Source: Podarcis filfolensis
Lineage: Eukaryota
Assembly (NCBI GenBank): GCA_964270895.1
Contig: OZ185450.1
Reading direction: 5' to 3' (one strand)
DNA length: 64,000 bases
The notes under the pieces are model-generated. The model worked only from the letters and a program-made list of their open reading frames with translations. It made no database searches and was not told the DNA's origin. A program made the position numbers and the translations under genes. Below, in pieces: positions 11,594 to 24,216 of this stretch (position 1 is its first letter; the number at the start of each line of letters is the position of its first letter).

Positions 11594-13403
11594 CTTTAAA
11601 AAAAAGGATCTGGAAAGAAGCGGTGTCCACTCTTCAAGCTTTTATACCCAATTGAGACCAACTGGTTCATCACAACTCAACATGAAACTGAGCGCAACCT
11701 CTAATTTTCCGTCCTCATTTTTAATCATTTCACTTAGAAATCATCACTTTTCTTTAGAAAAAGACACCAGATTTGCCAGATACTCCCCTAAGAGACAACA
11801 AAAGTAACTTATGCTTTTTGGGGTATAAACCTTAACAGGAACTGTTTCAGTCAAGAGCAACATTTCTTTATATCAACCTAAGAAACAAGAGAGTGGTGTT
11901 CCCAGCAACTTCCTATGTTACCTGGATATTTAAAAATGGGATAATTCACACGCGCATCATGATGCCATGTTGTTTGTTTTTGGTAAAACACACACACAAT
12001 ATATACATGGAAAATATATTTTGGAAAGTGGTTTGTCTGTCTGCTTGGATGCCTCTTGAGATATCATCATCAATTGTGGCACAAGAGTTCCCAAGGTGGG
12101 ACAGTGATCTTTGTCAGTGTTTGGATGCCAGGCACCATTTTGAACAAAGATGGTGAACTAAAATGTGACTTTAACAAGATCTAAGTCACAAATTACACTA
12201 TCCATTTAAAATTCACAATTATCTTTTGGTTTCTAAAAATTCAAGGGAAGAACTAGAAACTCTCGTGTGTGTGTGTGTTCCACACCTGGAGCTATACTGT
12301 CAACCAGCAGTCAGATGCTTCTTCCTAGCTGCCCACATTCTGTTATCATTTTTGGCAAATCACAATCAGCCCTTCAGTTTGAGCCAACAGAGAAATGTCT
12401 GTACGAAGCTCTGACTTCTTTGAAAAATAAAATGACTAAATCTTTCAGTGCATCTGACTTCATCCAAAAAGTATTTAATCTTTTTAAAATCTTTTTGCAT
12501 TACAAATCATTCAACATCCTGCATGTGGCTCCACAGAACAGGAAAAAAAAACACACAATGGAGATAGTAATGAACTGAACATTATTTTTGACCATTGCAC
12601 CAGTAAGTGTGAAGCATTCACAGTGGCAGGTGGATGCGGTCTGAACGGTATTTGTGCTTGAAAAGAAGTGGCCAAGTTTTTTAATGACAGTTTGTTTTTA
12701 AAAGCAGCTTTTGAAACAGTTAACTTTTGTCCAAGTATTTGTGTTATGACAGCAGAACACTGTTTCTTCAGGCTAAGTCAGACTCCCGTCCTTTTTAATT
12801 CCTGCCAAGGCAAATTCATCTTCTCCAGTCTGTTGCAGGCTAAAGTTTTATCCAATTCCCTCCGAGGCCTAGAGTTTTGTAGGCACTTCAAGGTAGACTT
12901 GCCAAACCTTGCTCGAGACCAACCTTGACAACAGGCTTTCATGGTGGGAAGAAACCAGACAGACAACTGACAAGCCTCCTTAGAGTATCCATGTTCCACT
13001 ACAAGGCAAGTTGGCATCCAGTGTGATTGCTTCTAGCCAATAAATTAGAGAGGAACAAAGGCAGGACAGAACCACAGTAAAACTTCATTCACACACTACA
13101 TGACAAAGGTATCAGTGGGAGATTTTTATCTGGGCTGCCAAAAGAAGCTCTCCAGGAGCCCCCCATCCTGCAAAAAAACACACACAAAAATCCACTTGAA
13201 TATACAATTGAGATTTTTACCTAGTGATTCTGGAACAGAAAAATTCAAGCGAACAGGTATCCAGGCTCATAGAGTGATTTCATTCCCCAGATATTGCACA
13301 AGCCCAGCCTGAAATAGTACAAACTTCACTTGATGAAGGAAAGGTAAAATGTCTGCTTCACTTATTTGAAGTTCTTGAAACATTTTGGTCAATAAAACAG
13401 CAA

Positions 13404-13645
13404 CAGTGGTACCTCAGGTTACATACGCTTCAGGTTACATACGCTTGAGGTTACAGACTCCGCTAACCCAGAAATAGTACCTCGGGTTAAGAACTTTGCT
13501 TCAGAATGAGAACAGAAATCCGGCTCCGGCAGAGCGGCAGCAGCAGGAGGCCCCATTAGCTAAAGTGGTGCTTCAGGTTAAGAACAGTTTCAGGTTACGT
13601 ACGGACCTCTGGAACGAATTAAGTACTTAACCTGAGGTACCACTG
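13404..13645. mobile_element. Tc1/mariner (Tigger-like) MITE, copy A2
   Basis: Same TIRs and internal sequence as 7796-7990; right TA intact, left flank AA. Confidence 0.85.
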
Positions 13646-15254
13646 TATTCTCAACATTTAAAATACCAAGCCACATCCTAAAAAAATCCAGCAAAACGTA
13701 CTTCAAATTCAAACACAGTCCATTGCCTGTTCTAGCGTAGCAGTCCAGGAACGGATACGCTAAACTGACAGCTACATCCTCAAGTTTTAATGGGATTTTG
13801 TTATACATACAAATTTAAAAATGAAGTCTTGTGCATTGGAAGACCTGGCAGCTTCCAAGCAAGCGGCCTAAGTTTTCTGTTCAAAATGTCACCTGTAGCT
13901 TTTACATAAAGTTCCCATTTTCCCACAGGAGAAGATAGCAGAGAGTTAAAAACAGGAAGCCAAGAGAAAAATATCTATATAAAAAGCGTACATGTAATAA
14001 TGGTACAGACCATTGGGCAGCTGCCAGAAAAATGATGGAATGCAGTATAGTTTACTTATTTCTTTTTAATGGCTCCAACATTCCACCTGAAAAATTGGTC
14101 CCGGAGCTGTATAATTGGGGATAAAAATGAAATGACAGTTTCCATTTGTCAGCATGAAAGCTGATCACTTATATTTTTCATAGAGCTGTGGAGGGTGCAT
14201 GGGGTCCCAAAGTTTACCTAAGAAAAGGATGAATACCAGACTTTCAAGATGCTACAAGCTATTTGAAACTAGTAGAGTTTCCAAAATGTCAAAGGAAGTA
14301 CATAGCAAGCCCCACTCCAAGGTGGCTTTGAGCAAGTTGCTCTTTGCCTCATCTGCAATATAGGTATAACTTATATTGGCCTATTTAATGTTGTCATGGA
14401 AAGGATTACAGGAATAATGAAATTCCTTGAAATTTGTTGCATGAAGGGTGGGGAAGCTTCTTCCAGGCCAAATTATCTTATTAGCAACCTTCCAGGGGCC
14501 ACAAACCAGTTGTGAGTGTGGCCAGAAACTTACCACTCTCCATCCTGGGAAGCAATGGGTATTTTTACAGTTCAAGGACAAATCTCAGGTAAAATCACTG
14601 GAGATGCCCACAGAACAGGTTCTGTGAAGGGTGTGGTTGGGGGCATAGCTTGGCAGAGTCTCAAGGGCCAGACAGAGAGGTGCCTGAGGCTTCTCTTTTT
14701 TTGTTGTTTAATAATTTTTATTAACATGCCAATCACATCACATTAATTCCAAATAACAATGATTCCAAATTACACAGCCAAATTTTTTTAAATTTTTGTT
14801 GGGGGTACCCATGCTTCAAGCTCCGAAAGGGATCCATCATCTCTCTTGTTTCTGCTTTAATTACACAGTTCTGTCAAAATAATATTCACAGTGCCTGAGG
14901 TTTCTCACTCCTGCTTTCTAAATGCTTTCTAAAAAATGCTTTCTACTAGAAATCCCCAAACATAAACCATGAACTTCTTTTGCAGAGGCCCAATGAACTG
15001 AAAGGGCTGTTTTAAATACTTCCCATTCCTTCCGATGGGTACTGCAGCTGAGAATCCAACCACGTCTATGAAAAAGTAGCATTATTAAGAACAAACAAGA
15101 CGTGGTTACCTGACTTTTCAAGTATTTAAGGCAGGCTTTGAAATAAATGTTAAGATTGTGTCCACGAGGAAGCCGGCACGATTGCAGTAAAATCCGCCCA
15201 ACTGTTCCAACAGCTCACACCAGCCTGGTGCCAAGTGCTTATTAGCAGCTATGT

Positions 15255-15316
15255 TCATTGGTTCCCTTCGTCATCATGGCGCTTAGAAAATTCATTCTGC
15301 AGTTCCCTTAATTGAC
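15255..15316 (-). CDS. Candidate alternative terminal exon: (G)QLRELQNEFSKRHDDEGNQ*
   Basis: Acceptor tgtctgtctttag|. Phase-1 start is compatible with exon 19364-19403; 2 + 20 codons to TGA. Could be chance. Confidence 0.3.
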
Positions 15317-15809
15317 CTAAAGACAGACAATGCCTCCAAAAATTAGAAGTGGTTCTTATTTTCCTTGCCAACAGTGTCCCACCAGGCGTTGCTGCCTGAT
15401 CAAGCCCATTAACTAAAGGAACTTGGTACAGGAAGCCAATAACCTTTTTCATTCCCACCAGAGGCCACCATCATCATCACAAAAGAATGATTATCTGACC
15501 GGGAGGTCTATTGCTGTAAAAAGGAAACATGCATATATAGAATTTTTTCTTAAATGGCTCCATTTTCTTAGCTGGTGCTAGAGATGAAGAATCCAGGAGC
15601 AGGAGGAAGGGAGGAAGGTGGAAAAATCAGGACATTATCAGCTTCTGGTGAGAAAAACTGAAATTCTGGGAACAATGAAAAATATTATTTTCTCATGAAA
15701 TATGTTATTCTGGAACTAGTGAAATGCCTTTAAAAAAAGGATTAACTCACTCAAAATGTATAGTATATAGATTTTTATGTAAGGCAATCCACAGTGTTAA
15801 AAGATGTTA

Positions 15810-16010
15810 ACACTTGGGTACACTGCAGGCAGGGTAGTTAACACTGCAGAAGAAAGAATGGAATTCAAAATTATGTTGACAGAATGGGAAACTGCATCAA
15901 AATTAACAAAATGGATTTCAGAGAAATGCAAAGATCTACATATGGCAACACTATCACAATCACCACACACAAATGTACAGATACCAAATGGGATGTAACC
16001 ATAAAAAGGA
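15810..16010 (+). mobile_element. CR1 LINE RT fragment, degenerate
   Basis: Translates to ...NTAEERMEFKIMLTEWE...KCKDLHM..., resembling the CR1 RT motif NTxEERxxIQxDL...KCKVLH. Confidence 0.6.
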
Positions 16011-16027
16011 GCAGCAGGAGCCCTGAA

Positions 16028-16070
16028 GTTCGTTCGTTCGTTCGTTCGTTAGTTAGTTAGTTAGTTAGTT
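16028..16070. repeat. Compound (GTTC)n(GTTA)n microsatellite
   Basis: Read directly. Confidence 0.95.
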
Positions 16071-17344
16071 CATAAAATTAATACACTGTTTGAGTGAAAA
16101 AACAAAAAATCCTGAAAGCAGTTTACAAAAAGATAAAACAAGAAAAATTTACAACCATATTGCATACTAAACAAGCATAAAGGTCATCTGGTCACAGCCT
16201 TCCCGCTATGGTAAAATGGATTGTATTTCAATATACACAGTACATAATAGAGGTATTTTTCCCCCCAAATGATGTATGCTCTTTAGGTAAAACATTTTCT
16301 TGTGCCTCAAGAAAAATCCACATACATCACATAAAATGAATTATTAAAACATTTGAAGTAGTTAGGCAGTTCATTATTTTGATACCTTAATCCAAGAGAC
16401 TGTGGATTTTCTGTAACTAAAAGCAAAGCAGCTTGTCAGCTACATACCCTTAAATTTGTCCCTTCAGAAGTTTCCCTATCTGAAATATTAAATGTCGCTT
16501 TCCTTCTGTGCAGAAAAGTCTTAATGTTTTGCACTTGAGGGAGAAGTGTCCCCAGTTGGGGGTGGGGAAAGAGTACCAAACAAAACCTTGCAGATTCTAG
16601 TAAATCAGACTTACAAAAAGTAATGTACCACCAAAAAAACGTGAATTATTTGGAAACATCTGCATGAGCTTCTAATCCAGTTTTGCAGTTGTTTGGATTA
16701 ACTGATGCTCTATCAATTAGATTTTTTCATACAAAACACAACATACTTTTTCTTAAGCCCTTGTAGAAGTCTGGGTTATTATTCTTTGTCTTCTTAAGGT
16801 AAATCATATATATTTAATCCTTTTGCTTCCTTGCAAATCAAGGAATAACAAGAAGTGATCCTAGTACGTGTAAGATTATCCTGAACTATGCATACAGTGA
16901 CATTTTCAGGGAAACTGAAGAACTGAGGCAATTCATGGTGACAAGAGAAGTCAATGTATTTTTTTAAGAACAGGGGAGGTTGTTTGCAGGAAATCAAAGG
17001 CCAGTTAGGAAAATATCTGGTTTGAGTAAATTGGTAGAAGGCACTATTAAATATAAAAATAATTAATAATATAGAAGGGTAAGCCTTGCTGAAGAAGAAT
17101 CAACATGGCTTCAGCAAGGGTAAGTCTTGTCTGACCTTTTAGTGTTATTTGAGAATGTTGAACATAAGGACAGGATGATCCCAAATCACAGTATGTACTT
17201 GGACATTCAAAAAGCTTTTGACAAACTCCCTCAATCAAAAGCCCCAGAGCAAATATAGCTGCCAGACTATAAGAGGACATGTTCTCTTATGTTCATTTTA
17301 TTGTTGTTGTTTCAACCATCATGGTCATATCAACCACAGAGGAG

Positions 17345-17346
<2 letters not shown>

Positions 17347-17379
<33 letters not shown>
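17347..17379. repeat. (AC)n microsatellite
   Basis: Read directly. Confidence 0.95.
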
Positions 17380-17383
<4 letters not shown>

Positions 17384-17606
17384 CGAATACAATATTAAAA
17401 AACAGTATCAACCAAAATATAAATGTAAAATGAAATATACTACATAATTCTAATATACAAAAGGTTAAAAATTGGTTTATGAATCAGTAACTGGTTAAAG
17501 AAAAGACAGCAGAGTAGGAATAAATGAAAAGTTATCACAACAGAGATACGTGAGAACGCTGGTTACCTCAAGGATCTATACTGGGATCAGAACCTTCTCC
17601 TTTGTA

Positions 17607-17644
<38 letters not shown>

Positions 17645-17700
17645 CCTACCCATCTAGCTGGGTTTCCCCAGCCACTCTGGGCAGCTTACAGCCTATATCA
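17607..17700 (-). mobile_element. L2-type 3' tail with (AAT)n, nested in the CR1
   Basis: (aat)n followed by ccatctagctgggtttccccagccactctgggcagc, the reverse of the tail at about 41745-41793. Confidence 0.65.
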
Positions 17701-19363
17701 CAACATAATATCTGGAGTTACACAGTGCATATTTAAAGTATGCAATCCAAATTAACCCTGATATTCATATTAAATCATCCAGTCATCTACAGTGGGGACA
17801 AAGAATAACAATTTCAGAACTGGAGAGGAAAGAAAAAGGGAAATACTTACACACTGCATAGTTTAAACCATGGAATTCACTACGACAAGAGGTACTGATG
17901 GTCACCAAATTGGGTAACTTTAAAACTTTAGCTTCCACAATTTTTTCTATCAATGCTTACTAAACATGATAGTTCTGGATCCGAATACCAGTAGCAGGGT
18001 ATCATAAGTGGGAGAATGTTATTGAGCTCCTATCCTGCCCTTAATGGTTCCAAGAGGCATCTGGTTGGCCGCTGTGGGAGAAATTATACTAGACTAGAAC
18101 GGTTCGTGGTCTGATCCAGCCAGATTCTTATTCTGGCTCTAAGCAGTTTGAGAGGAAAGGGAACCCACAATACAAAAGAGCTTTCTGTTGTTTTCTGTAT
18201 CTCCCATAATAATTTTCAAAACTTGACTGCTGCTGAAGACTGCAGTCTTCCTAGTAGTAAACTCAATAATGCTCTCAGCACTTATGCAATCGAATCCATT
18301 CCCTTCAGCTAAATATGAAACTGAATATTTTATTCCGTAACTGTATAGTCTCAAATCTCTTAAGCTTTTCCTAAATAACCACCAGTTGAAATGCCGTTTC
18401 ATCCTTACTTATGCTCATTCAGATCAAGTTTAAGTGAGGAAAGAGCTTTAAAACTAAACAAGTTTGGAAAAGGGCTGTGACAGGGAACAAATACTACGCT
18501 TTGTACAGAAAATGTAGTCAAATAACAGATTTTCTTTTGATCTGCCACCCAGATTGGAGGAGCCAAAGGTAAGGCCTCTATTTTACAAATTAGCAATATA
18601 ACAATATAGTAGAAACCACTTTCTAAAATGTTGCTGACATGCAGTATTGGCTAGGATTATGAGCAAATGGCAGTTGGTCCTTGAGAATAGCAAAATACTG
18701 AAATCATGCAAAAAAAATTAATGCTTGTTTTATCGTATTGAGGTGAGCTCTCATATGGTAAATAAGTACTGCACCTAAACATAACTATTATTTCCACTAA
18801 AACCCCTTGTTTTCCAGACAGTATATTTTTAAAATGAAATTTAGCACCATAGGGAGCAACCGCAAAGCACTGTTGGTTGCCAGCCGTCAATAACAAGTGG
18901 CCAGAATATGAAACAAAACCACTACCTGGATGAACACCCGAAAGTCACAGGGTGCACAACATTGTGATGCTCAAGTCAGAAGCAAAACCAGACACTGTAC
19001 ACATTGAATCTAAACATGTATCTTTCAAGAACACCCTTTCCAAAAAGTTTAAAACACAGGCTACCTACAAATTCTGTGGCAATGGCAAATCTTGTGTGTA
19101 GCAGTGATGTGTTAATAATATATCTAAAGTGCAAAAGGGTAGTCTCCCATACCACCACCACTGCAAGCCCTGTGTACAAGTACTGATTTGCCAGCCAACT
19201 AGGCTGCATGCTTTCCTCTTCTGCAGTATCTGCCACGCCCTTGACTCTGCTTCATTCCTTTATCTTGATGTTCTTTTGCATTCAAGATCACTATCCCCCA
19301 GGCTTGCACAGCCTTCTGCAGTTACTTTTCCAATGCTCAATGCCAGTTTGCCCCCAAGCTTAC

Positions 19364-19403
19364 CATTTTTCTTAAATCCCTGTGTACTGCACTCATCTTC
19401 TGG
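19364..19403 (-). CDS. Putative 40-nt internal exon: PEDECSTQGFKKN(G)
   Basis: Acceptor ttttactttcccctctgtgcattgctcag|, donor AATG|gtaagc. Phase 0 to 1 joins exon 11565-11593 in frame. Confidence 0.6.
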
Positions 19404-20559
19404 CTGAGCAATGCACAGAGGGGAAAGTAAAATATTAAATGGATCGTTAGCATAAATGTCATCCATTTGCCAGTTATCAAAACAGTATTTTATGCTGTAG
19501 AAAAAGCATCGGCCCTCTTTACTCCACCCCCCCAACCTATTCAAGACGTGTCATGCTGCATTGCTATGCACCAAATTCATTTCATTTAAAGCATTCTTTT
19601 TTACTCTACTCTTCCATCAAAAAAGGGTTCCCAGAGCTACTTTTACATCAGATCAGAAATCAGACTCTGCCCTGGGGCTGACCATGTAAAACGACAACAC
19701 AAAAGGAAAGGGAGATTGGAGAGAGAAGGAAAAAAGCACACTCATCCAATAGGTCGTGAAGCTGGATCTAAACCTAATAGAATGGCTGCTACCTTCTCTT
19801 TCTTTGGCAGTCTCAGTGATGGTAGTAGCTGGAGAAGAAAGGGGCTATGATCTGGTACTCCAGGTACTGTGGAGGGTGCCTGACTACTACTTACTCTGTT
19901 GATGATGGCAAACATAGATATCACTACTAGCCTCTAAGAAATTTCCAAGAATGGCACCTGAGCCTAGACCTGAAAACACAACACAAAGTGAATTATTCTA
20001 ACAGCAGCAAATTGCACATGGTGCAAATCTTCTTACTGAGCCAAATCGTGTTGGAAGAGCTCTGTGTTCTGCTGTAACTTAACATACTTCCAGGTGGTGG
20101 CTCTGCTCCGAAGATGAAGCTGCTCACAGAAGCCACTAGTGTGCTCAATAATTTCCAATAGTTTCAAGTTGAGATGCTATATTGTAAACAGCTCATTAGA
20201 TCCCTTTTCAGCTCTCAAGGTGGGAAAAAACAGCAAGCTTTCAAAACATTGTTGCTGTTGTTTTAAGACAACAGCTAAATGAAGTCTCTAGTTCACATGC
20301 TTTTGGAACTACACAATTATTTGCTTATTTACAAATACACCTATAAACTGCCCAGTCAGGAAATGTCTGGGGGTTTGGGGGGCTTACAATAAGAGGTTAG
20401 TTACATTAAAAGCTGAAAATCACAGCCAGAAAATGTTGACACATAATAAAAACTAGCAGCAAAATAAAACATATATAACAAGTTCCCAGCCACCACCAAA
20501 GTTTCAAATGTTAAACTCTAAAAATAGCAAAACTCTATTAATTATTAAAAGATGTTTAA

Positions 20560-21280
20560 AATCCTGGGAAAATATATGGATCTTCACCCAGTACAGAAAA
20601 GATCAAAGCGTAGGTACCAGGGGAGCCTCTTTTGGGAAGGCCTTCCATATCCAGACCTTCTCCCTGGAAGCTACACACCATCCCTCATTAAATTAAGAAT
20701 GGGCTTTGAGAAGGGATTCAGAAGGCCTTAAGGTCAAGGAAGGTTTATCTGTGAGGCCATCCTTTCAGTCAGCCTTTGCCACCTGGATGCAGTCCAAAAC
20801 ATCTGGAGAGCACTGGGCTGGCAAAAGTCGCTTTAAGAATTCTGGTCCTATCGTTTAAACTTTAAGGGTTAAGACCAGGTGCTTGTATTAACCCTGTAAA
20901 CTGACAGAGAGCCAATGCAGATGATAAAGCTCTGAGAATTATAATACCACCCAGTCCCTGTTAGCAATCCTACCATCCGTTTTGGAGCCAACTAAAGTTT
21001 TTGCGGCATTTTTAAAGGCAGTCCCACATGGTCGCTATATCAAGCCAACGTGAGAAAAAGCACTTCTAAGAACAGAGTCCACTAATGCCTCCAGTGACAA
21101 TGCCAGATGCAAACACACTGCCGAACTGTGAACCTGATCCTTTAAGGGAGTGCAATCCCTTCTGAACAGGTTGAAAAACACTCAGCTGAGTAGGCGATCA
21201 GTCAAGCTCATAGTACCCCAACCTTGTCTGCAAAGTGTATGTTGGTTGCACCTCAACCAACCTATTACGACATCCAATGG
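20560..21280 (-). mobile_element. Degenerate L2 LINE RT fragment
   Basis: Motifs aaaggcagtcccacatggtcgctat, gagagccaatgcag and ttaagggttaagaccagg correspond to the reverse complement of recalled L2 RT 3' coding sequence. Confidence 0.55.
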
Positions 21281-23304
21281 CAACATTAAAGGAAAGGACA
21301 AGCCCATTGCTTTTCATCTTCCGTGATTAATTCCATGTACCAAATCTTTTTCAAAGGCCTATTCAATGAGTTATTTCATAAATTTGCAACCTACTGATTT
21401 GCAAAAGAGTGCTGTGGCATTCATAAACCAAAATACAAAGAGAAAAATTAGTTTTTTAAAAAAAACAAAAAACTACGGAGGCTAGATATCCGGCACAGAG
21501 ACAAAGCCACATGAAGCTGCAACTGAAAGCCACTTCAGGATTCATATTAACTAACTGGAGACTAACACACTCACCACCTGCCAACATTCACAATGAAAGC
21601 CATGTAAGAATGAATTACGGAACTCAAGCGACTGCAGCCCAATATATATTTTGTATGTTGTTTTAACTGCTGCAAGCAAGTTGCGACACATATATACTGA
21701 CTAAAATAAGGCACGCAGAGGGTTTTAACTTAGCACTTTGCACCTCCACAGAGAGGATTTGCTCACATTCTTCCTTTTCTACACTTGCTTCTCTCCACAC
21801 ACCCCGCCTGGGCTTTGCCTTCTGTCCCTTACTTGTCTAAATTTAGACTGTAAGCTCCTTGGGAAAGAAAGCTGTGTGTTTTTTAATATTATTATGGGAA
21901 ATACCAGTGTACAAACCAAAGGGCACTGTATAAACAGGCTAACAAGTTAACTGTGGAAGTTTGGTGTTGCAAAAAGGAAACAAGGCAGGTTCGAATAAAA
22001 ACGAATTAAGCTCAACGGCTTAAAGTACCCCCCTAATATGGCTTTGTACTTAACAAGATAAGTGAGTATGTTCTGCCTGCCTATGAGGACTTCCACCAGT
22101 TAGCTGTGTTCATCACCTGCCTTTACACCCAATTCATGTGAGACAGAGAAAAAGCTGAATAGATGCCTGGAAGCAGTAATCTGTGCCTGGGAGCCCAGAT
22201 TATTAAATTGTCGTGGAGGATTTCCTTTGGATGCCCTCACCTTCTGGTGGCTATGAGGGAGAGATTCCTTTCAGTGGTGGCTGCCTGCCTCTAGGGAAAA
22301 ATTCCAAGGAAGCTCACCTACCAACCCTGACACCATTTAGACACCATGCTAAGACGCAATAATATTTTGAGTTTCCCATGCATTTAGTGACTTTATTTTT
22401 GACCTTTGCTGTTCAAATGTTGAGATGGACAATGCTGCAATAATATTTTAATAAATGGGCCATTTTGTCTTTACTGTGTCATTTTTAAAAGAGCATTTGT
22501 ATGCCAGCGCTTGGTGGCGCACGCTATAAAATTATTAAATAAATAATACACAAACCATGAGACAAGGCCCCCATCACAGATGCCCTGTATCTTCCTGCCC
22601 AAATAAATGATCATGCTTTCGGCAAAACTATCTAGCAGCTGCCTGTTTCCCATTATCCTGGTTCCCAGCCACACTAATTGATTTCAGCATCTTCCTCCAT
22701 TTAATCAAGCAGCTGGAAACCAGGCCCTGTCCAAGCAAGACTTGCCACTTGTCAACATCTGGACAGGTTAATTATTAGATGTCATTTGCTGAAATGCTGC
22801 CAAGAACTCAAGTGCGATGCAAACACCTGTGATGGTGGATCAACTCACTCAATCCTTCAGTCACCGCAGAAGGCAATATGCTGTGTAAAGGGGACAGGCT
22901 GGCCTGATCCCTTTTACATGAAATTAGGATTTCAAAACGTCCATTAAACGACGTTGCAAGATGATAAAAATGTTGCTTCTGTTTTACTGGAAGTGTTTTT
23001 AAACAGCTGAGGACTTAAAATGTTATATACTGCATTAAACATAAGTAATGTCTAATGTGCAATTCAAGCCTGGATGTACAAGCAACACACAACGCCAAAA
23101 TTGGGTACTGCCTCATATAATCCAATGTGTTCTCCAATTCTTCTTTCACCTAATCCTATCAGAGATAACTGTCCATATTTTTCTTGACTTACACTCCTAT
23201 GTGAGTGCTTGTTATCATGAAACAGTTACAAGTCTTTAAAAAAAAGTGAATGTTGCATGTCAGTTGTTAGAAAGCAATGGCAGAAGGGCAAGCAAATGTT
23301 TATA

Positions 23305-23535
23305 CAGTGGTACCTCGGGTTACATACGCTTCAGGTTACATATGCTTCAGGTTACAGACTCCACTAACCCAGAAATAGTACCTCGGGTTACAAACTTTGC
23401 TTCAGGATGAGAACAGAAATCGTGCGGCAGCGGCGCGAGGCCGCATTAGCTAAAGTGGTGCTTCAGGTTAAGAACAGTTTCAGGTTAAGAACGGACCTCC
23501 AGAACGAATTAAGTACTTAACCCGAGGTACCACTG
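23305..23535. mobile_element. Tc1/mariner (Tigger-like) MITE, copy A3
   Basis: TA-CAGTGGTACCTCGGG...CCCGAGGTACCACTG-TA; near-perfect TIRs. Confidence 0.9.
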
Positions 23536-24100
23536 TATTAACTTGGTTACCCTTTATTAGATTCTGAAAAAACTTCTGCAGAATCACCATATAGCAGTGG
23601 ATTCCATTTCTATTTTTCATATTTGAAAGCAGTTCCATATACATGTGATGTATTGATATATTAATTGGTTCATAAAGATTAAATCTGAAAAGTGCCGCAT
23701 TGCTTTGGGGCATGTATCAAAATACGTAACAGCACAGAAAGTAATTCACATATTACCTAAATACTCTTCTAAGGAGAATTTTGTTTGATAAACATGTTTA
23801 AGTAAGCTCATCTAATTTGCACTCCCCAGGCTGATGTGTGGATTTAAACATATTTAACCCATAGATACTGCACTTCTCCAAATTCTGTGATATAGTACAT
23901 TTATTTGATTTTTTAAAATCTAAATGCATGGAAAAGTGTATTTTAGAATAAAATATATTTAGGAATGTATATATTGAGATAAAACACATTATTTGAATAT
24001 GAATCTTCATACATATCTTTTAAAAATCGTAACTTAATGCAGATAATGGGACAAAACTTATGGACAAACATATGCAAAGTTGAAAGAGACAAAAACTTAC

Positions 24101-24216
24101 TGATTCATCTATTCCTATGGTAAACCCATAAAGTATACCAGTACAAACCATTGTGTGCAATCTGGTCTGGAGAGTTTGCTTCAAACAAAGACTGCATGAT
24201 CAGACTTAAGAGCAAC
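24101..24216 (-). CDS. Candidate exon with several possible acceptors (66-nt form 24101-24166 = TRLHTMVCTGILYGFTIGIDES)
   Basis: Strong donor TCA|gtaagt at 24100. AG acceptors give 5' ends at 24216, 24191, 24166 and 24161. The 116-nt form has stops in all frames; the shorter forms are open and end in phase 0, matching exon 19364-19403. Confidence 0.35.

Larger units (their letters stand above)
16890..18135 (+). mobile_element. Fragmented CR1 LINE (RT core to 3' UTR) with internal deletions and insertions
   Basis: aatcaacatggcttcagcaagggtaagtcttgt (NQHGFxKGKSC), acttggacattcaaaaagcttttgacaaa (YLDFQKAFD), cctcaaggatctatactggg (PQGSxLG), and CR1 3' tail ctggttggccgctgtg...ggtctgatccagcc. Confidence 0.8.

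Noticed and set aside
14534-14544. 11-nt microexon candidate (GATGGAGAGTG|gtaagt)
   Set aside because: Perfect donor, but every longer version has stops and its phase-2 start has no supported partner.
19895-19969. 75-nt minus exon candidate with good splice sites (LGSGAILGNFLEASSDIYVCHHQQ)
   Set aside because: Only open in phase 1-1, which produces an immediate stop when joined to exon 19364-19403. Not excluded as an NMD exon but unsupported.
22850-23235. Two small minus segments with GT-AG boundaries (32 and 41 nt)
   Set aside because: Phases do not lead into the supported chain; such sites occur by chance.
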